A DNA stretch of 8,974 bases, taken from Octopus sinensis. Its lineage: Eukaryota. Shown piece after piece: positions 1 to 7,937 of the stretch. The position numbers and the translations under genes were made by a program. The notes under the pieces were generated by a model. It was not told where the DNA came from, did no database searches, and saw only the letters and a list, made by a program, of their open reading frames with translations. Positions within the stretch are counted from its first letter, which is position 1. Every line of letters begins with the position of its first letter. The stretch is from the NCBI RefSeq assembly GCF_006345805.1, contig NW_021828218.1, forward strand, positions 1 to 8,974, read 5' to 3'.

Positions 1-251
1 CCCTGACTGGGGTTCCCGTGGTCTTTTCTGTAGGCTTTTCTTCCCACGGATGACCCAATCTTGTTATATCAATGTTTACACCACCATTATTTCTGTGATA
101 CCGATTTTCTTTTCTTTCCTTTTTTTTCCTCCTCTCGATCCCTTTTGATCGCAATCTTACATTTTTTATTTTTTTTCCACCCTCGAAAAGAAAAGCTCTG
201 CATTTGTATTTGTCCCCTCTGTATTCAGCCCTGTGTGGCTAATAAAAGAAA
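1..251 (+). mobile_element. Probable 3' end/3' UTR of a non-LTR retrotransposon (LINE), continuing off the window start
   Basis: Imperfect hairpin (CCGTGG...CCACGG, ~9-56), pyrimidine-rich tract, AATAAA at 241-246, then a (TCTA)n tail. The last 43 nt (209-251) match the SINE-like tail at 4724-4765 at 34/43. No ORF in the window, so the class is inferred. Confidence 0.5.
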
Positions 252-253
252 GT

Positions 254-342
254 TATCTATCTATCTATCTATATATCTATCTATCTGTCTATCTATCTGT
301 CTGTCTGTATGTATGTCTGTATGTCTATCTATCTATCTATCT

Positions 343-374
<32 letters not shown>

Positions 375-431
375 CTATCTATATCTATCTATCTGTCTAT
401 CTATCTGTCTGTCTGTATGTATGTCTGTATG

Positions 432-510
<79 letters not shown>

Positions 511-547
511 GTCTATCTATCTGTCTGTCTGTATGTATGTCTGTATG

Positions 548-600
<53 letters not shown>
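254..600. repeat. Compound (TCTA)n/(TCTG)/(TATG) microsatellite
   Basis: Read directly; contains three identical 40-bp variant cassettes at 285, 393 and 509. Confidence 0.97.
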
Positions 601-614
601 ATAATTATCTATCT

Positions 615-840
615 GTGTGTGTGTGTGTGTGTTATATATCTATCCAACTGTATATATATTTACATATCCCAACTCTATGTCTATACCCACACCCACATGC
701 ACACACACACATGCAACACACACATGCACACACACACACACACACCACACACACACACCACACACACCACACACACATATATATTATATATAATATATAT
801 ACATATACACATATATATATATGCATGTTAACACACACCA
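615..840. repeat. Degenerate (TG)n/(CA)n/(TA)n low-complexity tract
   Basis: Read directly. Confidence 0.9.
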
Positions 841-1206
841 ACCCGCGCGCGCGTCTGTTCAACAATTTGCAGCGCCATAGATCATGGAGGAAGTGATAGA
901 AGTTCGAAAAACAGATACATATGTTTATTTATTTCTCACCTTAACAAAGGCAGTTACCGCAAAAGAGATTAAATAAAAAAAATTTACCAAATAATCTAGA
1001 AAACAGAAAATATTAAAAAAAAAAAAAAAAAGCATCATGCCAAATTAAGACATAAAAAAAAAATAATAATTTCGTTAGCAGAGATGCACTTGAATATACT
1101 AATATCGTATTGTGGTTCTTTGATAAGTGATAGATATATCATTTTACTTATATATACACTCATTTACACACACAGACGCACGTGCACATGTACGTTCACA
1201 TGTAAA

Positions 1207-1292
1207 TGTGTGTATAAGCATATATATATATATATATATAATATATATATATATATATTATTATATTATATATATATGTATATATATATATG

Positions 1293-1341
<49 letters not shown>

Positions 1342-1658
1342 GTATATATATAATATATGTATATATATATATGTATATACATATATATATATATGTATAT
1401 ATATATATACATATATATATTGTAAGTATGTATGTATATATATATATATATTGTGTGTGTGTGTGTGTGTGTGGTGTGTGTGTATGTGTGTGTATGTATG
1501 TATATGTATTTATATACGCATATGTATATATAATATATATATATATTATATACATCTATATGTGTGTATATAATATATATATGTTTGTGTGTGTGTGTGG
1601 AGAAAGAAAGAGAGGGAGAGACAACCAGACAGCCAAGCGTGTGTGTGTGTGTGTGTGT
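1207..1658. repeat. Long (TA)n/(TATG)/(TG)n microsatellite tract
   Basis: Read directly; source of the Y/I/C/V-rich spurious ORFs. Confidence 0.95.
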
Positions 1659-1845
1659 AGTGTATTGTTTTTTTTTTTTCTGACTGACATCACACACATG
1701 GTAAAACACGAACATAGTACAAAAGGAATTCATTACCGGATTCAGGGCCACTGTTTAATGTGTAGAGGTGTTATTATATTTTGCAACTTTCAGTTTCCAA
1801 TCATTAAGACTTGCATGTCCATTTTCTTGCACCTTCACACGTACT

Positions 1846-1976
1846 GGAGCACAGTCAAATAAAGTATAATGATTCCGGCAAATTTTTCTAAGGCCTTGCG
1901 ATTAACGAAAAAAAAAACAAAAAAAAAACGAAAAAAGACACAAGCGAACTAAAGAAATAAAAAAAAAAATTGTTAA
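1846..1976 (+). repeat. Old duplicated segment, copy 1 left part (similar to 5690-5800)
   Basis: Shares TAATGATTCC(G/A)GCAAATTTTTCTAAGGCCTTGCG..TAACGAAAAA and GAACTAAAGAAATAAAAA with 5690-5800. Confidence 0.85.
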
Positions 1977-2212
1977 CATATTTTCATACAACACCGCCAA
2001 GAATTATTACGATATACTTTCCGTAAAAATTACGGCTTCTTTCGGTTTGAACGGCAGTTTTTTCTAGCGGTGTCATATGAAATTGTCACCCATAATTATG
2101 ACCCTAGTATCGATCTATTGCATGGCACTGTCATGCCTTTAGTTATCAGAAGTGAAAGTAGAAATCTACGTCAGACGTCAACTTCGTGTATTTACGTCAA
2201 GTTTTATACCTT

Positions 2213-2274
2213 CGTTTATTTACGTACCACCACGCTTTAATACGACGCGCCGTTTATTTACGTACCACCACGCT
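2213..2274 (+). repeat. Subterminal 24-bp perfect direct repeat in the Merlin left arm
   Basis: CGTTTATTTACGTACCACCACGCT at 2213-2236 and 2251-2274; partial third copy TTCGTGTATTTACGT at 2183-2197. Confidence 0.9.
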
Positions 2275-2542
2275 AGGTTTATAAAACAATTGAAGCTTGA
2301 AGTTATGTTATAAAATAAATACATTTCATTCCATGTTCTGTTTAAACTTTATAAATAAATATATTCTTGCATTATTCATTATTGTTTTTAAAAAAGAAAT
2401 CACACCAAATCTGCACAAATGACCACCACCACCACCGCGATCACATACACCAATCAGAATGACCACTGACCACCACAGTTGAAATTTCTTCACTTTGAAA
2501 GTTTTTCAGTGTGATATCAACACGTGCGAAAAAAATTTCAAT

Positions 2543-3424
2543 ATGGCTTCTGCATATCCAAGTCTAAAAGGAATTAATCACCGCGATATTGCCATCGCCA
2601 CGGCTACAACAGCAGATAGCATTAATTGGCTTAAGAGACATGGCCTTTTGAATACCCAGAAAATATGTATATCGTGTGGAGGTACCTTGAGTGAAATAGC
2701 GAAAAAAAATTTGTCGGATGAAGTAATATAGTCGAAAAACCGTTTCAATTAGAAAAGGAACATTTTTAGAAAATAATAAATTGAAATGTCAACAAATTAT
2801 AGATATATTGTATTACTGGGCCAAAGAAGATTTAGCAAAGGGAATAGGACAGGAATGTCATATAGCAAATGTAGCCGTAACAGATTGGAGGAATTTTTGC
2901 CGTGATATATGTGCAGAATATTATGTTGCACAGAACATTAAGCTCGGAGGGCCGAACCGAATTGTAGAGATAGACGAAAGCGCGTTTGTTAGAAGAAAAT
3001 ATGATGTTGGCCATCGGGTTAAAACGCAGTGGGTATTTGGCGCTTTAGAAAGAGATACCAGAAGATGTCTTTTAGTGGCAGTGGAAGATCGGACAGCGGA
3101 CACCCTTTTACAAATTATAGAAGACCGTATATTGCCTGGTACAACCATAATTTCCGACCTTTGGCGTTCGTATAATACGCTCAAGGGTACAGGCATTTGA
3201 CCGTGAATCATTCAATAAATTTTGTTGATCCGGTAACATTTTCCACAACCAACCATGTAGAATGTTTATGGAAGCATGTGAAGAATCGTAACAAAAGAGA
3301 AAATGGAACAGCCCGAAATTTACTTCAGACCCATCTCATCGAATTCATGTGGCGCTATGAATTTAAGGACGATATATTCGGAAAGTTAATGGAACAAATT
3401 CGACAGCTATATCCATGTGTTTGA
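2543..3424 (+). pseudogene. Merlin/IS1595-family DDE transposase pseudogene (two frameshifts)
   Basis: ATG at 2543 (MASAYP...CISCGG, first half of a Zn ribbon). Break near 2730 into RKTVSIRKGTFLE...LGGPNRIVEIDES...RRKY...WVFGALER...ILPGTTIISDLWRSY. Break near 3184 into GYRHLTVNHSINFVDP..TNHVECLW...EFMWR; stop at 3422-3424. VEIDE, SDxW, VNHS and NxxE are hallmark IS1595/Merlin motifs. Confidence 0.93.
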
Positions 3425-3710
3425 GAACTTAGAGAGTATAAGTATCTACAGTATCACATTTATTTTTAAACTTAACTTCAAGCTTCATTTGTTTTATATT
3501 TTGATAAATTCTCTCCGTTGAAAATAATATTTTTACATTCTAAATAATTTGCGTTTATTAATTTGATAAATTTACATGCGTTTTGATAAATTATACGGAA
3601 AGAAACGAAGGTGGACGAGAAAAGGTGTGACGTCATTTTGACGTCAGACTTTTTCCACTTTCCTCCTGACAACTAAACGCATGACAGTGCCTATTGCATT
3701 TCAATCTGTT

Positions 3711-3761
3711 TTAGGGTTAGGGTTAGTTGGGGTTAGTTAGGGTTAGGGGTGGGGGGAAGGG
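3711..3761 (+). repeat. Interstitial telomere-like (TTAGGG)n plus G-run tract inside MITE copy 1
   Basis: Four perfect TTAGGG (3711, 3717, 3737, 3743) with TTAG/TTGGGG variants, then GTGGGGGGAAGGG. Confidence 0.9.
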
Positions 3762-4058
3762 TATCTTTTTTCTTCAGAAATGTAAATAAACCCAATCTGT
3801 TTCTTAAACGAGGGACATATTCATACGGCACAGAATGTTTTTTTTTTACCCCAATAGACGTCAGTGATTGGTTGAAATTGCAGAAATTGAAGAAAAAACA
3901 ACAACAAATATCTTACAACCATAGAATTTTCTCAATAAAGCCAAGAGAAAAAGATGTTTTATAAACACATTCTACCAGTATACGAAGTCTAAAAGTGTTT
4001 AGTTACCTGGAAATTATGTTAAAAAACTGCCGGTCAAACCGAAAAGATCCAAAATTAC

Positions 4059-4174
4059 TACTATCCTATCCTCGAAAAAGAAATAATAAAACGAAAAAAA
4101 ATAAGAATGTAGCTTGGTTTAACACACCTTATACAAGAAATATTACAAATATCCATCGGAAGTTTTCTTTAATA
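4059..4174 (+). pseudogene. Probable short relic of a Penelope-like retroelement ORF (post-RT linker region)
   Basis: Translation KKNKNVAWFNTPYTRNITNIHRKFSLI resembles the RKRxIIWFNPPYSxNVxTNIGKxFLxLI-type motif I recall from Penelope-like elements. It may continue left of the MITE (~1987-2033, YNTAKNYYDIL). Short and judged by eye. Confidence 0.5.
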
Positions 4175-4256
4175 TACGAAGTAGAACTTTTCTCTGATTT
4201 TTCTTACGTACAGTTTATGAAATAGTCACATACACATATACACCCGTTCCAACATG

Positions 4257-4375
4257 TTCTATTGCACAATTGAACTAAAGAAATAAAAAAAAATTGTTAA
4301 ATGGCGCCAATTTAAAAGAATATATTCGCGGCGAGCGGTTGTTCCCCTTCTTCCCCTATACGCCCCTGACATCAT
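4257..4375 (+). repeat. Old duplicated segment, copy 1 right part, ending in a hAT-like terminus (TACGCCCCTG at 4368)
   Basis: 4293-4375 aligns ungapped to 8631-8713 at 73/83; 4257-4290 matches 5768-5800. The reverse complement of the end is CAGGGGCGTA, a typical hAT-like TIR start. Confidence 0.75.
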
Positions 4376-4659
4376 GTGTGCGTGCCTAAAGTGTGCGTGT
4401 GTATGTGTGTGTAATGATTTTTGTCATTGCGTTGCTGAGAGAGCTATGATTAGCATGACTCCTATTGAGGGCGTTTTCGATGTTTCTTTTCAGGAAGTCA
4501 GAGCAAGGGTGAAAAGATTTCTATCAACACACACCACGGAATTGCACCTGACAGGAAACCAATCTCGTCAGGAATAGTTCTCTTAGAATATCTCTATTTT
4601 TCCGCTAACATAGAAATATTTAATAAAACCGAATATTATAATGACGCACTATTATTATT

Positions 4660-4768
4660 GATAAGTGGTACCAGTTACGCACTGGGGTCGATATAATCGA
4701 CTTAATCCGATTGTCTGTCCTTGTTTGTCCTCTCTTTGTTTAGCCCCTTGTGGGTAGTAAAGAAATAA
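4660..4768 (+). mobile_element. 5'-truncated SINE (3' core and tail), cephalopod-type
   Basis: GTACCAGTTACGCACTGGGGTCGATATAATCGACT core with a GTCGAT-ATA-ATCGAC hairpin (4687-4701), tail ending TAAAGAAATAA. Recognised from memory as an abundant octopus-like SINE; tail shared with 209-251. Confidence 0.7.
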
Positions 4769-4898
4769 GTATGATCATGTTTTAAAGTTCGGGAGAGCGA
4801 CCACTTAAAAGAAAAAAGACGCCGTTGTCCATACCAAATAATTTAAAACTCATTTTTGTTATACATTAAGCGAAATATTTCATCGGTTATAATATAAG

Positions 4899-5033
4899 TA
4901 ATTGTATTCAACATTCATTAATTTCATGTTTCAGTAACAATGACATTACGTATGAAACTTATAACTGCTGATATAAGTGTGACGTGGAAAAAAGATGAAA
5001 CCCCAAGGATCGTCCAGCATAGAGAGGTTATGA
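4899..5033 (+). repeat. Direct repeat, left copy, flanking MITE copy 2
   Basis: Near-identical to 5480-5608 (a few substitutions, one 1-bp and one 5-bp indel). Confidence 0.95.
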
Positions 5034-5041
5034 TATTAGGG

Positions 5042-5479
5042 GGATCTTTTCGGTTTGAACGGCAGTTTTTTCTAGTGGTGTCATATGAAATTGTCACCCA
5101 TAATTATGACCCTAGAGTCGATCTATTGCATTTCAATCTCTTTTAGGGTAAGGGTTAGTTAGGGTTAGGGTTAGGGTTAGGAGTGGGGGAAGGGTATCTT
5201 TTTTTATTCAGAAATGTAAATAAACCCAATCTGTTTCTTAAACGAGGGACATATTCATACGGCACAGAATGCTTTTTAACTCAATAGACGTCATTGATTG
5301 GTTGAAATTGCAGAAATTGAAGAAAAACAAAAACACAAATATCTTACAAACAATAGAATTTTCTCAATAAAGCCAAGAGAAAAAGATGTTTTATAACACA
5401 TTCTACCATATACGAAGTTTAAAAGTGTTTAGTTTCGTGGAAATTATTTTTAAAACTGCCGGTCAAACCGGAAAGATCC
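5042..5479. mobile_element. MITE copy 2 (438 bp, uninterrupted)
   Basis: TIRs GGATCTTTTCGGTTTGAACGGCAGTTTT and AAAACTGCCGGTCAAACCGGAAAGATCC; colinear with copy 1; TTAGGG tract at 5143-5194; no matching 8-bp TSD. Confidence 0.92.
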
Positions 5480-5608
5480 TAATTGTATTCAACATTCATT
5501 AATTCATGTTTCAGTAACAATGACATTACGTATGAAACTTACAACTGCTGATATAAGTGTGACGTGGAAAAAAGATGAAACTCCACGGATCGTCCAGAGA
5601 GGTTATGA
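5480..5608 (+). repeat. Direct repeat, right copy, beginning at the first base after the MITE
   Basis: TAATTGTATTCAACATTC...GAGAGGTTATGA matches 4899-5033. Confidence 0.95.
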
Positions 5609-5689
5609 CGTAAAGGTTTGTTTTGGTTCTCCAGATGTCAACTGACACCAACACATCACAAGAGATTGAGGAGACAGCTCAAAACCAAG

Positions 5690-5800
5690 GGAGCGTAGTC
5701 AATGTAATGATTCCAGCAAATTTTTCTAAGGCCTTGCGTATAACGAAAAAGAAACGAAAAAAGAAACTTCTATCGCACAAGTGAACTAAAGAAATAAAAA
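5690..5800 (+). repeat. Old duplicated segment, copy 2 left part
   Basis: Matches 1846-1965 and, at its 3' end, 4257-4290. Confidence 0.85.
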
Positions 5801-5805
5801 GAAAC

Positions 5806-6145
5806 CCTGCATTGTGACCCGGCAACGCCGGGTCATAGTGCTAGTGCATGCATATACACGCGAGTACTGTCCAAATCTCCGACCAATCACATACAGATAG
5901 CTGGCATTCATTTGGCGTATCAAGTTTCGGGCATTTTGATTGGGTTTTGGATAGAAAATTCACAAAAAAGTCACTTCTATTGATTTTTTAGTGGCTTTGC
6001 GGGGTGACTGGGGAAATGTAAAGATGTGCACGACCACCCTTGGACGGTTTTGAATGACCATAGAATGTGCGAGCCCTGTAACTGAAAAATTGTGGATTTG
6101 TATAAAGGACACGCACACAGACATTTTGCCGTTTATATATATATA
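5806..6145 (-). mobile_element. Short non-autonomous Helitron-like element (~340 bp)
   Basis: Minus strand begins TATATATATATAAACGGCAAAATGTCTGTGTG (Helitron-like 5' end lacking the canonical TC). GC-rich hairpin TGACCCGGC-AAC-GCCGGGTCA at 5815-5835, with CTAGT at 5841-5845 on plus. Left boundary and orientation of the end are uncertain. Confidence 0.65.
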
Positions 6146-6991
6146 CTAGCAGAATTGCCCGGCGTTGCTCGGGGCTGAATTGCTTGAAAGCACTGTTAAT
6201 GATTGCACTGAATTATGATGATTATTCAGGCAAATATTGATGTAAGTTTACGGTGGGAGATAAGGACTTAACGATCAAACGTGTGCCATTGCATTGTTTT
6301 GGGGGAACCAAATATCTGATGAGCATTATAGGGGCACCAACCTTAAGTTTGAGAAAGTGTGGTGGTAGTCCGGGGTGCTCAAAGGAATTGAGTACCTCTA
6401 TTGGATAGTTGATGACGTCCTCTGGGTCAGGAGTTGTATCGATAGACTTATATACATAGACTTCCCCAGGAATGAGTTTTAGCATTTCATCATTAATATG
6501 GTGAACAGTTTTATTCCTCGGGGCCAGAATAGCCCTTTGGCCAATCCATTCATATTCTGATAATTAGCTTGTAGATCTGGGAACACTGCATCTCTGAGAT
6601 CAGAAGGCGTCTTAACAATGGTACAAATGGAATCGATGGCAATATTACCATTTTCATCCCCTGGTATTTGCCTTCGCCAAGTGCAAGGAGGGTGTGAGGA
6701 AATGCTGCTGATGTGATATTACGTTGCATATGAGCACGCATATTGGTGTGAAGTTTGAGAGTTACTTCCCTTTATTTAAAAAAATTTGCATTAAAATGGA
6801 AAAAAATGATGGTAAATTATTTGTAAAATCGTAGACTCATCGTAGACACGCGCTAATACCCAGAAGGGCTCGATATGAATCACGACTATAAGATACCCGA
6901 TTTTGGTTAAACTGCATCGCAAAATGTGGGAGTAGTTAGGAATCTAAATCGGAGTAGACAGACACACAACCTTTCTTTTATATATAAAAGA
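6146..6991 (-). mobile_element. Internally deleted Helitron (846 bp) carrying a helicase fragment
   Basis: On the minus strand: A|TCTTTTATATATAAAAG start at 6991, CCCGAGCAACGCCGGG hairpin (6158-6173) 8 nt before terminal CTAG|T (6149-6146), A/T flanks with no TSD, PIF1-like coding relic inside. Confidence 0.9.
6222..6768 (-). pseudogene. Helitron RepHel PIF1-family (SF1B) helicase fragment, two frameshifts
   Basis: Joined frames read LKLHTNMRA...LLALGEGK / PGDENGNI...AVFPDLQANYQ / EWIGQRAILAPRNKTVHHIN...YKSID...YPIEVLNS..PGLPPHFLKLKVGAPIMLIRYL.PPKQCNGTRLIV. Frameshifts near 6667 and 6555. N-terminal Walker motifs and Rep domain are absent. Confidence 0.92.
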
Positions 6992-7670
6992 TTTTCGTCC
7001 TAAAAAACTTGTATGGATTGAATGGTTACCTGTATGGAAATATATACACGCACATTATACATACATGTGTGTATAGATGAATATATAAATACATTAAATA
7101 TCTATATACACTTTTGGGCGATCTTTCTTTTTCTTAGAGATAACTTTAGATCTTATTTTCGTCCTAAAAACTTTGTATGGAGTGAATGGTTACCTCTATG
7201 GAAATATTACACACACGTTATACATACATGTGTGCATAGATGATATATAAATACATTTATATATCTATATACACTTTTGGGCGATCTTTCTGCTACTTAG
7301 AGATAACTTTAGATCTTATTTTCGTCCTAAAAACTTTGTGGCGGAGTGAATGGTTACGTCTATGGAAATATATACACACACATTATACATACATCTGTGT
7401 ATAGATGAATATATAAATACATTTAAATATCTATACACTTTGGGGCGATCTTTCTGCTACTTGGATATACTTTAGATCTTATATTCGTCCTAAATAACTT
7501 TGTATGGAGTGAATGGTTACCTCTATGGAAATATATACACACACATTATACATACATCTGTGTTAGTTGAATATATAAATACATTTAAATATCTATATAC
7601 ACTTTTGGGCGATGTTTTCTGCTACTTGGATATACTTTAGATCTTATATTCGTCCTAAAAACTTTGTATG
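6992..7670. repeat. Tandem array, ~164-bp unit, 4 full copies plus a partial
   Basis: Anchor CGTCCTAAA at 6996, 7160, 7323, 7486, 7651 (periods 164, 163, 163, 165); whole units align (GAATGGTTAC..TATGGAAATAT..GGGCGAT..CTTTAGATCTTAT). Confidence 0.96.
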
Positions 7671-7843
7671 AATGAAAAATAAAATGAATTGAAATTTTTA
7701 AGAAGGAATTTGTTTACATACATGTGTGAAATGGCAAATGTTTGTTCAATAGTCCTTCTTGTTGTGAATATTAATTTGATGAATATGAACTGAAAACCAG
7801 TGGTGTAGCAAAAAGGATGGTCAGTCTGACTGGCTCATCCTGT

Positions 7844-7937
7844 CACACACTACACACACACACACACACACACACACAACACACACGCGCACCCTCACAC
7901 CACACACACACGCACACACACACACACACACACACAC
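7844..7937. repeat. (CA)n microsatellite
   Basis: Read directly. Confidence 0.95.

Larger units (their letters stand above)
2124..3691 (+). mobile_element. Merlin (IS1595/IS1016-related) DNA transposon, both ends intact but defective, 1568 bp
   Basis: TIRs GGCACTGTCATGC(C/G)TTTAGTT(A/G)TCAG, 24/26 identical (2124-2149, 3666-3691). Exact 8-bp TSD TATTGCAT (2116-2123, 3692-3699). Single TATTGCAT at the paralogous empty site 5124-5131. Internal IS1595-type transposase. Confidence 0.95.
2034..4050. mobile_element. Non-autonomous TIR element (MITE, ~441 bp net; probably Merlin-type), copy 1, interrupted by the Merlin transposon
   Basis: Ends GGCTTCTTTCGGTTTGAACGGCAGTTTTTT (2034-) and AAAAAACTGCCGGTCAAACCGAAAAGATCC (-4050) are ~30-bp inverted repeats. 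Exact 8-bp TSD AAAATTAC at 2026-2033 and 4051-4058. 2034-2123 plus 3700-4050 is colinear with 5042-5479. Confidence 0.92.

Noticed and set aside
61-1862. Long ORFs of 77-256 aa on both strands
   Set aside because: Translations of TCTA/TA/TG/CA microsatellites, which lack stop codons; not genes.
2832-3211. Minus-strand ORFs of 60 and 96 aa
   Set aside because: Antisense shadows of the transposase with no recognisable motifs.
2124-3691. Bacterial IS1595 contamination
   Set aside because: The element sits with an exact TSD inside a repeat in microsatellite-rich eukaryotic DNA, consistent with a eukaryotic Merlin.
3711-3761. True telomere or chromosome fusion site
   Set aside because: Very short, single orientation, and an internal part of a repeated MITE.
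3851-3873. CCAAT-GACGTCA-ATTGG promoter-like cluster in the MITE
   Set aside because: Short motifs, no downstream gene or other evidence of a promoter.
3478-5146. Short ORFs at 3478, 3749, 4374 and 4940
   Set aside because: They lie in or cross non-coding TE sequence and show no protein motifs.
6222-6485. Host PIF1 gene exon
   Set aside because: Frameshifted fragment bounded by Helitron termini.
6992-7670. CRISPR-like array
   Set aside because: Whole units are repeated with no unique spacers; eukaryotic context and no cas genes.
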